Positions 15,954 to 23,389 of a DNA stretch of 32,000 bases are shown in pieces; position 1 is the first letter of the stretch; every line of letters begins with the position of its first letter. The notes below the pieces were generated by a model. It worked only from the letters and a program-made list of their open reading frames with translations, was not told the DNA's origin and made no database searches. The position numbers and the translations under genes are program-made. Source of the DNA: Alkanindiges illinoisensis DSM 15370 (GTDB lineage Bacteria; Pseudomonadota; Gammaproteobacteria; Pseudomonadales; Moraxellaceae); contig NZ_KK211037.1 of the NCBI RefSeq assembly GCF_000619845.1, positions 292,979 through 324,978 of the forward strand, written 5' to 3'.

Positions 15954-18788
15954 TTATCGCTGTTTTTCGGGTAAAACAGGCCCTGACATGCTGGAGTGAC
16001 GTGAATCACCCAGCACCGAAATCAGCAGCAGGGTTGCACCAACCACGGTAAAAAATACGCCGATATCAAACAACATGGCCGAGGCTATCGGCAATTTGCC
16101 CAGAATGGGAACATCCATATAAAAATAGGCACTGGTTAAAAATGGTTTATTCCAAAACAAGGCACCCACACCGGTCAGGCCAGCCAGCGTCAGGCCGCCA
16201 CCAATCCAGCATTCATACAAACGGCCATCGCGCGCATGAATCAGTTTTTCGGCTTGTTCCTGCCCAATGGCAATGTACTGGATCACCAGTGCAATGGCAG
16301 TAATCAGGCCAGCAATAAAGCCACCACCCGGCAGGTTATGGCCACGCAGTAAAATATACAGACTGTAGACCAGTGCAATTGGCAGCACCCATGAAGCCGT
16401 CATACGCAGCATCAGTGGCGAGGGATTAAAACGCAAGGTTAAGCCGGGAGTGGCAATCGCACCATGCGCGCGCATGCCATCCATCATGACTAGCGCACCG
16501 ATTGCAGCAATGGCCAGTACACAAATTTCACCAAAGGTATCAAAGCCGCGAAAATCCACCAGAATCACATTCACCACATTGCTGCCGCCCCCTTTGGGCA
16601 AGGCTTCCTGCATAAAAAACCAGGAAATGGACTGATGATCACGGGTCATGATCAGCCACGCCAGCCATGCAATTCCAGCGCCACCCAGCAGGGATATCAC
16701 CACATCACGCCAGTGCCGGGTACGGCTCGATTCATACGGCGAGAGCTGTGGCAGCAGGGATAGCCCCATCAGTAGCAGCACAGTTGTGACCACATCCACT
16801 GACAGCTGGGTGAGCGCCAGATCAGGTGCTGATAAGACAATAAAGCAAACACTCACTACCAAGCCAACTGCGCCCACCAGCAGCACGGCCTTGATGCGTT
16901 CATGATGAAAATACAGCAGCATCAGGCAGGCAATAATTAGCAACACCCACAGGATAATGGCAGGCCATGAGGCATGATTCAGCAGGCGGCCACCCGTAGC
17001 CAGGTTCTGGCCCCATAAGGGCACCAGTGCCATTGCCATTGTTGCAATAATGACCAGCATCAGGTAACGCTGCAACGAGCCATTTTCCAGATAACTGGTA
17101 AAGCGGCGCGCCATCAGCACACTATTTTCCAGCAATTGATCCAGCAGGTTTTCTCCGGTAAAACGGCCAAACCACTGATCGGTGCTGATTTTCAGAATTT
17201 GCTGTTTTCGTGCCAGCAGCAAATACAGCCCAGTACCCCCAATCAGGGCAATCAGGCTCATAATCAGCGGCAAATTAACACCATGCCATAATTTCAGATG
17301 TACGGTCTGGCTGGGCACATAACCCAGTATGGCATTGCTGCCCAGTTGCACAATATTTTGCACCAGCAGGGCCGGCAAAATCCCGACCAGCACGCAAATA
17401 CAGCACAAGAGGATGATCGGCGCACGCATACCCAGCGGCGGTTCATGCGCCTGCTGGTTGGCAATTTTCTGGTTTAAGGCACCACCAAAAAAAGTATTGT
17501 GTACAAAGCGCACTGAATAGGCCACAGCAAACAGGCTGGCCAATGTTGCCAGCATGGGCACCAGTAACAGCCAGGTACTGCCAGTTAGAGCCACGGTTTC
17601 GGTCAGGAACATTTCCTTGGACAAAAAGCCATTGGTGAGTGGCACACCGGCCATCGCTGCCGCCGCAATCATTGACAAGGTGGCGGTAAAGGGCATCAAG
17701 GCCCACAGCCCGCCCAGCTTGCGCAAGTTGCGGGTGCCTGCTTCATGGTCAATCACCCCGGCAATCATAAACAGCGCCGCTTTAAACGAGGCATGATTGA
17801 GCACATGAAAAATAGCCGCCGCAATGGCCAGTGGTGAACCCAGACCCAGCAGGCAAATGATCAAACCCAAATGACTAATGGTGGAATAGGCCAGCAAGCC
17901 TTTTAAGTCATGCTGGAAAATAGCCAGAAATGCAGCAAAGCAAAATGTGACTAAGCCAACCGTGGTGACAATCCCGTGAAACCACAGCGATCCGGCAAAA
18001 ATGGGAAACAGCCGCATGAGCAGGAAAATACCCGCCTTGACCATGGTGGCAGAATGCAAATAACCCGACACGGGCGTTGGTGCAGCCATGGCATTGGGGA
18101 GCCAGCTATGAAAGGGAAACTGCGCACTTTTGGTAAAGGCACCCAGTAAAATCAGCAGCAAAGCAGGCATAAAATAGGGACTGGTCTGCAATTGCTGGCG
18201 CATGCCAAGCAGCGCATCCAGCTCATACGTGCCGCCAATATAACCCAGCAGCATAAACCCACCCAGAATGGCTAATCCGCCAAGTCCGGTAATGGTCAGC
18301 GCCATTTGTGCGCCTTTTTGTGCCACTTCATAGTTTTGCCAGTAACCCACCAGCAGAAACGATGAAATACTGGTAAGTTCCCAGAAAATTAGCAAAATCA
18401 GCAAATTATTGGATAGCACAATGCCCAGCATGGCAGCCATAAACAGCATGAGCAGGCTATATAGCTTGCCTAAAGAGTTTTTACGGTTGAGGTAATACCA
18501 GGCATAAATAAAAATCAGTGTACCAATACCGGAAATCAGCAGGCCAAAAATTAGCGCCAGCCCATCCAGCCGAAAGCTCAGGTTCAGCCCAATTTCCGGT
18601 AGCCATTGCCAGCGCTGCAATAGCGGTTGTTGTACTCCATGTGTCAAGGCAGTTGTGAGCAGGCTGATAAAACACAGCAAACTTATGCCACATGCGGCAA
18701 TGCAGCTATACAGTCTGTCAATGCGTGCCAGCCACCAGGTCAATGGGGTGCCCAAAACCAGTGGCAGCAGGACAATCAGTAGCAACAC
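15954..18788 (-). CDS. mrpA: Mrp/Pha antiporter fused subunit A/B (NuoL-like)
   Basis: 944-aa polytopic protein with ND5/NuoL-type segments (WELTSISSFLLVGYW, HSATMVKAGIFLL, IFHVLNHASFKAALFM) and an extra MrpB-like C-terminal portion. The length fits the A/B fusion of six-gene group-2 Mrp clusters. GTG start as in the ORF track. Confidence 0.9.
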   Translation of the reverse strand: MLLLIVLLPLVLGTPLTWWLARIDRLYSCIAACGISLLCFISLLTTALTHGVQQPLLQRWQWLPEIGLNLSFRLDGLALIFGLLISGIGTLIFIYAWYYLNRKNSLGKLYSLLMLFMAAMLGIVLSNNLLILLIFWELTSISSFLLVGYWQNYEVAQKGAQMALTITGLGGLAILGGFMLLGYIGGTYELDALLGMRQQLQTSPYFMPALLLILLGAFTKSAQFPFHSWLPNAMAAPTPVSGYLHSATMVKAGIFLLMRLFPIFAGSLWFHGIVTTVGLVTFCFAAFLAIFQHDLKGLLAYSTISHLGLIICLLGLGSPLAIAAAIFHVLNHASFKAALFMIAGVIDHEAGTRNLRKLGGLWALMPFTATLSMIAAAAMAGVPLTNGFLSKEMFLTETVALTGSTWLLLVPMLATLASLFAVAYSVRFVHNTFFGGALNQKIANQQAHEPPLGMRAPIILLCCICVLVGILPALLVQNIVQLGSNAILGYVPSQTVHLKLWHGVNLPLIMSLIALIGGTGLYLLLARKQQILKISTDQWFGRFTGENLLDQLLENSVLMARRFTSYLENGSLQRYLMLVIIATMAMALVPLWGQNLATGGRLLNHASWPAIILWVLLIIACLMLLYFHHERIKAVLLVGAVGLVVSVCFIVLSAPDLALTQLSVDVVTTVLLLMGLSLLPQLSPYESSRTRHWRDVVISLLGGAGIAWLAWLIMTRDHQSISWFFMQEALPKGGGSNVVNVILVDFRGFDTFGEICVLAIAAIGALVMMDGMRAHGAIATPGLTLRFNPSPLMLRMTASWVLPIALVYSLYILLRGHNLPGGGFIAGLITAIALVIQYIAIGQEQAEKLIHARDGRLYECWIGGGLTLAGLTGVGALFWNKPFLTSAYFYMDVPILGKLPIASAMLFDIGVFFTVVGATLLLISVLGDSRHSSMSGPVLPEKQR

Positions 18789-19102
18789 ATCAAATTTCCA
18801 TTTTTAGCAAAAGTGAATATTCCTTAACAATACGGGTCAAGCAATGTCATCAACAAGGTCATCAAAACCGTAGCTTGCTGTATAAACCCATCTATAATCC
18901 GCGCGGATAGCAGGATTTTTAAATAAAGCTTTTATAATAAAAAGCTATCACTGCCGCTAATACAGATATAAGCAAGCCTGCTGATTGATAATTAAACAAA
19001 TTTAAAGATCAGTGATGAGACTGAACAATTTAAAGTATACGAAATAAAAGTTAATTCACACTTAAGCGTTACAGAGGCAGGACAAAAATAGTGAAAATTG
19101 CA

Positions 19103-20044
19103 TTATTTTTCTGTGAGTTGTTGCTCAAGTGCAGCACGCAGACCATTCAGTTCCCTGATCTTTTTAATGTCATTCCATAACAGCGCAGCTTCAGCATAGC
19201 CTTGGGTCAGCATGCCCAGCCATTGTTTATAGCGTCCCACCAGTCCCTGTTCGGTTTTGCTGGCAGCATCCAGAAAATCCAGTTGTAACTGTACCAGTTG
19301 AGGCCAGCTAAGTTGTCGGCTGTCGTCCCTATGGCGCACGCGGTTGACCAGATCTGGCCGGGTTACAGCACCGCGCCCCAGCATTAAATCCGCACAACCG
19401 GAAATCTCCAGACAGCGCTCGGCATGTTCCAGCGTCCAGATTTCACCATTGGCAATAACGGGTATTTTAATGGCCTGTTGAATGTCAGGTAATTTTTCCC
19501 AATAAGCAGGTGGCTTGTAGCCATCGGACTTGGTGCGGGCATGCACGGTCAGCCAGCTTGCCCCAGCACTTTCAATCGCCAGCGCATTGTCTAGCGTGTG
19601 GTTTTCATCCAGATAACCCAGCCGCATTTTGGCCGACACTGGAATATGGGCAGGTACGGCATCGCGCACGGCTTTCACCAGTGAATGAATGACCTCTGGC
19701 TCATCCAGCAGCACGGCACCACCGCGATGACGATTGACGGTTTTGGCGGGGCAACCAAAATTCAGGTCAATGGCAGGCGCACCGAGTTCAGCCACCCGCG
19801 CGGCATTTTGCGCCAGACGGTTGGCATCATTGCCCAGAAACTGCACATGCACCGGCGTGCCACTTTTGGTTTTGCCGCCGTTTTGTAGCTCTGGGCAAAA
19901 GTTATAAAACACATGCTCGGGCAACAGGCTGTCGGTGACGCGGATAAATTCGGTCACGCACCAGTCGTAATGACCCACCGAGGTGAGTAAGTCCCGCATC
20001 AACGGATCAGTTAAGCCTTCCATTGGCGCCAGAACCAGTTTCAT
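19103..20044 (-). CDS. dusC: tRNA-dihydrouridine(16) synthase DusC
   Basis: MKLVLAPMEGLTDPLMRDLLTSVGHYDWCVTEFIRV...FCPELQN...DLNFGCPAKTVN...VHARTKSDGYKPPAYW...IPVIANGEIW is colinear with E. coli DusC as I remember it. Confidence 0.92.
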   Translation of the reverse strand: MKLVLAPMEGLTDPLMRDLLTSVGHYDWCVTEFIRVTDSLLPEHVFYNFCPELQNGGKTKSGTPVHVQFLGNDANRLAQNAARVAELGAPAIDLNFGCPAKTVNRHRGGAVLLDEPEVIHSLVKAVRDAVPAHIPVSAKMRLGYLDENHTLDNALAIESAGASWLTVHARTKSDGYKPPAYWEKLPDIQQAIKIPVIANGEIWTLEHAERCLEISGCADLMLGRGAVTRPDLVNRVRHRDDSRQLSWPQLVQLQLDFLDAASKTEQGLVGRYKQWLGMLTQGYAEAALLWNDIKKIRELNGLRAALEQQLTEK

Positions 20045-20180
20045 AAATATGCTCGGATTTAGAGAAGGGAATAGGATAAAAGTCAGGCGCTTTATAGCGG
20101 ATTTTTGGGGTGTTGGCGAGGAAAATAGGTTTGGCGAATGTTAAAACACATCCGATATGAAATTAAATTTAATGTCTGGT

Positions 20181-20540
20181 TTACACATGAATATTCAGTT
20201 TTTCGGCCACATTAAATAAACGTTTATCACGTGTCCATAATTTTGTGTGCGCTGACAACAAAGTACTGGCTAGGAGATGAGCATCAATATAACCAATACC
20301 TAAGCCAAATAAATTATGTTGTTCAACCAATTGGGTTACTTCGCTGTTATGCGCAATGATGGCTTGGGGTAGCTGCTTTAATGCGGTTAGCACTTGAGTT
20401 CGCTGTTTAAGATTTCCAAGCGAAATTTCACCAATAACAAAAGGATGAGCTAGAACCTGTCCCCTTTGTAGCAGTTGAACCAGTGTGTTATCAGAAGCCC
20501 GTAAATGGTCAATCCAGACTGAAGTATCAACTAGAATCAT
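20181..20540 (-). CDS. vapC: Type II toxin VapC (PIN-domain ribonuclease)
   Basis: MILVDTSVWIDHLR...HPFVIGEISLG...IGYIDAHLLAS...LWTRDKRL gives the PIN acidic residues in canonical spacing. It sits 14 nt downstream of a small antitoxin gene. Confidence 0.88.
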   Translation of the reverse strand: MILVDTSVWIDHLRASDNTLVQLLQRGQVLAHPFVIGEISLGNLKQRTQVLTALKQLPQAIIAHNSEVTQLVEQHNLFGLGIGYIDAHLLASTLLSAHTKLWTRDKRLFNVAEKLNIHV

Positions 20541-20554
20541 AGAATTCTTAATAC

Positions 20555-20746
20555 TTAACTGGATTGACGGCGTGGTATGACCATTAACTGCGGCTCAGTA
20601 CCGCCTAGGCTGGCCAGTCGCTTTGCACTTTCACGCTCAATTAATGCTTTTAGGGCTTCCCTAATCAGGGCAGACTTTTCTTGCAAACCGGTGTAAGACT
20701 GAGCTTGCATTAATAGGTCATCGTCAAGCGCCAATGTGGTACGCAT
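20555..20746 (-). CDS. vapB: Type II antitoxin VapB (DUF2191/VapB-like)
   Basis: MRTTLALDDDLLMQAQSYTGLQEKSALIREALKALIERESAKRLASLGG is a typical 'MRTTL.IDD.L...A' antitoxin N-terminus. 63 aa, immediately upstream of vapC. Confidence 0.8.
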   Translation of the reverse strand: MRTTLALDDDLLMQAQSYTGLQEKSALIREALKALIERESAKRLASLGGTEPQLMVIPRRQSS

Positions 20747-20790
20747 GATTATTACTCATCATATAAAGGAATGAGGCACACATTTTAACA

Positions 20791-20809
20791 TTAAATGATG
20801 CTGATTTAA
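20791..20809 (-). promoter_or_regulatory. Imperfect palindrome upstream of vapB, candidate VapB operator next to a TAAAAT -10
   Basis: ttaaatgatgctgatttaa pairs at 7 of 9 symmetric positions. On the - strand it is followed 4 nt later by TAAAAT (20787-20782), about 36 nt before the vapB ATG. Confidence 0.3.
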
Positions 20810-20816
20810 AAGCCAG

Positions 20817-22352
20817 TCAAAAAGCCACAATCTTCTGATCACTCGGTTTATTTTTATCTTCTCTAAGTTGTTCCTTACGTAGCGCATTTAGCAGCGGCAT
20901 TAAATAATGCACATTCAACCCTTTTTGCGCGCGGGTACAGGCCACATACAGCAAGCGTAACTCTTCCACACTCACTTGCGGCTCATCCTTGTGAATTTTA
21001 AAATTATAGTCATCTTCAATTTGCACATGATGCCATTCCAGCCCCTTGGCCTTGTGCGCTGTAGAAATCACATAATCCGCTTCGTTAATCGGACTAATCT
21101 TGGCCAGCGCGCGCTTTAACGGTTCGGTGCCATGTTCATCCACCAGCCGTACCAGCGGCTTGATATCGCTGCCATCATTGGTTTCGCAGTATTCATGCAC
21201 TTCATGCCACGAGCTAAACCATGACAGTTCCGGCACATCAAACACCTTACGGCCCTGCTTGAGTGCGCTGGCGGCATCAACAAAACGGGCAATGCGGTCA
21301 TGGTCAGCCTGTAACGCCACCTTATTACCTTGTACCAGTCCCGACAATAATAATTCCATAGCACGGGCATTGGTACGGCATAAAATGGCATCCCGCTTTT
21401 TGGGAAATGGCTGTGTGTCTACCACAGATTTCAAATCATCACGGCCATGCAGCGGCACGTCTTCGCCCAGTTTGCGCAAAAATACATTCGCCACTTCGGC
21501 AATCGATTCACCAAAACGAAAGGATTGCGTCAGGCGGGAAGACGGCAGCGGCAATTGCTGCATGGCATTCACCGCACCACGCCACGCATAAATCTGCTGG
21601 TGCGCATCGCCCACATAAATCACCTGTGCGTTTTGCTTGAGCAAAATACCCAGCATCAGCGGGTCGGCATCCTGTGCTTCATCAAACAAAATATAATCGC
21701 TATGAATCACCGGGCTGGATAGTGCCCAGCGTTTTAAATAAATATCGTGGCCAATCCCGGCATTGTGACGCGGATCAATCGACTCCAGCCAGCGCCGTTC
21801 CACAAACGGATATAGATGCTGTTGCAGGGCAGTGGCATCGTCCTCATGCATCCATTCCGGCATCATCACATGACGCGGTGCCGGATACTGGGCATTGGTG
21901 GAGCAAAACTGGCTAACGGCATTACTAATCAGGTTGGCTTGCCGACTGGCCGTTAAGGTAAAGTTTTCATAGCTGCCACTCAGCAGGCGGCGAATAGTGA
22001 CAGGTTCAAGCTGGTATTCACGCGCCAGAATGCTGGGGCTTAAACGTGGTAAGCGCAGTTTGTCGGTAATGCCACGATCCACATGGCGAAAGGCCAGCGA
22101 GTGAAAGGTACGACAATCCACACCGCGATGAAATTTTTGCCGCGCCTGATCGGCAATTCCTTTATTAAAGGCCAGATAAAGCCCGCGACGCTGCGGCATG
22201 GCATCGCTAATTAGTTTTAAAGTGGTGGTTTTACCTGTACCGGCATAGGCCATAATCTTGAAGGATTCCCCCAGACGGGCATGGTCAATAGCCGTACTTT
22301 GTTCACGCGTGGCAAGCACTTCCTGACCGGTGGGGTGTTGTGATTGGGTCAC
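20817..22352 (-). CDS. Compact superfamily 1 (UvrD/Rep-like) DNA helicase, ~511 aa
   Basis: Walker A AYAGTGKTTTL, motif Ia LAFNKGIADQ, motif II ILFDEAQDADP, motif III VGDAHQQIYAWRGA, motif IV SFRFG, motif V/VI AHKAKGLEWHHV and LLYVACTRAQ. The likely start is GTG 22352 (AAGGAA at 22362-22357). The 23 Cys-rich codons upstream of it in the ORF track look non-coding. Confidence 0.85.
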   Translation of the reverse strand: MTQSQHPTGQEVLATREQSTAIDHARLGESFKIMAYAGTGKTTTLKLISDAMPQRRGLYLAFNKGIADQARQKFHRGVDCRTFHSLAFRHVDRGITDKLRLPRLSPSILAREYQLEPVTIRRLLSGSYENFTLTASRQANLISNAVSQFCSTNAQYPAPRHVMMPEWMHEDDATALQQHLYPFVERRWLESIDPRHNAGIGHDIYLKRWALSSPVIHSDYILFDEAQDADPLMLGILLKQNAQVIYVGDAHQQIYAWRGAVNAMQQLPLPSSRLTQSFRFGESIAEVANVFLRKLGEDVPLHGRDDLKSVVDTQPFPKKRDAILCRTNARAMELLLSGLVQGNKVALQADHDRIARFVDAASALKQGRKVFDVPELSWFSSWHEVHEYCETNDGSDIKPLVRLVDEHGTEPLKRALAKISPINEADYVISTAHKAKGLEWHHVQIEDDYNFKIHKDEPQVSVEELRLLYVACTRAQKGLNVHYLMPLLNALRKEQLREDKNKPSDQKIVAF

Positions 22353-22832
22353 AGGATTCCTTAATTTAACAAGATTCAACAGCGAGACAGAAACATACTG
22401 ACAGGTGAGGCAATAGCACACATATACCAGCGTAATATAACGCCAGATGCCTGTCCTAAAGAAAAATGAATGATCCTTATGCTACCTGAAAATAGCTGTC
22501 ATGGCAAAAAAGTAGCCGTTCTGGCTTATGGGAAAAATACCTAAGGTGAGCGCATTGGCCGGGCTTTTCTTGACTTTCTCAATCAGGATTGTTTTACTTT
22601 TCTGGAGGTTGCATTGAGCAAACTGATTTAAGCATTTCAGATATTTGCACTAACTATTTTTTTATATTGTCTGGTGGTGCATTGCCTATGTTGTGCACCT
22701 CATTTTAATATGGCCGAAGTATCCTGTTAACATGATTGTAATGTTTGATAGCAGGCATTAAAGCAACCCTTAATGACGTATTACTAAAGTCAAATCCACC
22801 GAATAACAACATGAACTTGTCGAGAGATAGCT

Positions 22833-23309
22833 ATGGAAAATTTTGCCCAAACGCCACAGCTTAATATGCTGGAGCTGGATGCCAAAGCCCGTTACAGATA
22901 TTTTATCCAGAAAATTATTGCCAAGCGTGAGGTATGGGGGCTGTATCACGATGGATGGGCCATGTCGGGTACTGTGGGCGGTAAAATGGCCTTGCCCCTG
23001 TGGCCGGACGCCAAATATGCACGTCTATGCAATACCCGTAACTGGGCCAAGCACAAGGTACAGGCCATGAGCCTGAAAACCTTTGTAGAAGAATTAATTC
23101 CCTTGCTTATTGAAAAACAGTGTATGGCTTCGGTGTTTTTAACCCCGGACTGGAACAGTGTACTGGTAGAACCTGAGCGTTTGCTGGCAGATATTAAAAG
23201 TTATGTATATGCCTGCTTTCAGGAAGAAAAAAATCATTTGCCTGCGCCAGTTGGCGCAAGTCAGGCTAAACAGGATTTGCCTGCGATGGCCAGTACGTCC
23301 ATTCAGTAA
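22833..23309 (+). CDS. DUF2750-like protein of unknown function
   Basis: ARYRYFIQKIIAKREVWGLYHDGWAM......LPLWPDAKYARLC matches my recollection of the DUF2750 pattern (RY.YF..K......VWGL...GWA......P.WP...YA). 158 aa, weak RBS (GAGAGA). Confidence 0.55.
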   Translation: MENFAQTPQLNMLELDAKARYRYFIQKIIAKREVWGLYHDGWAMSGTVGGKMALPLWPDAKYARLCNTRNWAKHKVQAMSLKTFVEELIPLLIEKQCMASVFLTPDWNSVLVEPERLLADIKSYVYACFQEEKNHLPAPVGASQAKQDLPAMASTSIQ

Positions 23310-23336
23310 TTGTTAATGTAAAACCCTGTAAAAAAT

Positions 23337-23362
23337 AAAACCCTCCGCTTTGGGAGGGTTTT
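23337..23362. terminator. Bidirectional rho-independent terminator between convergent DUF2750 gene and phoX
   Basis: aaaaCCCTCC-gctttg-GGAGGGtttt. A perfect 6-bp GC-rich stem is extended by A/T pairs, with an A-run and a T-run flanking it. Confidence 0.75.
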
Positions 23363-23389
23363 ACCTAATCTTATGCTTGGTTCAGCATC

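Noticed and set aside
18692-18910. A 72-aa + strand ORF spanning the mrpA start and upstream region.
   Set aside because: It overlaps the mrpA N-terminus antisense, is Cys/Gln-rich, and has no RBS or recognisable features.
18927-18950. An AT-only hairpin AGCTTTT-ataat-AAAAGCT about 150 nt downstream of dusC.
   Set aside because: The stem is entirely weak pairs apart from 2 G/C pairs and lies in generally AT-rich promoter DNA of the mrp operon. It cannot be distinguished from chance symmetry.
21100-21916. + strand ORFs antisense to the helicase (21100..21591, 21407..21640, 21447..21722, 21674..21916), plus an alternative-frame - strand ORF (21116..21391).
   Set aside because: They overlap one another and the motif-bearing helicase frame. 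Their composition is Ser/Arg/Ala-rich, typical of antisense or out-of-frame shadows.
22384-22404. A Pho-box-like pair CTGTCAG...CTGTCTC (- strand) upstream of the helicase.
   Set aside because: The half sites start 14 bp apart rather than 11 bp, and the second is degenerate. They do not fit PhoB geometry, unlike the phoX sites.
22353-22421. The first 23 codons of the helicase ORF in the track (MCYCLTCQYVSVSLLNLVKLRNP).
   Set aside because: They are Cys-rich and atypical with no RBS, whereas the in-frame GTG at 22352 is preceded by AAGGAA. This stretch is more likely promoter or 5' UTR.
22528-22617. A 29-codon hydrophobic ORF (MGKIPKVSALAGLFLTFSIRIVLLFWRLH) resembling a type I toxin peptide.
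   Set aside because: It has no Shine-Dalgarno sequence, no obvious antisense RNA promoter or terminator, and I can see no partner repeats. This is not enough to call a gene, so it is kept only as part of the spacer finding.
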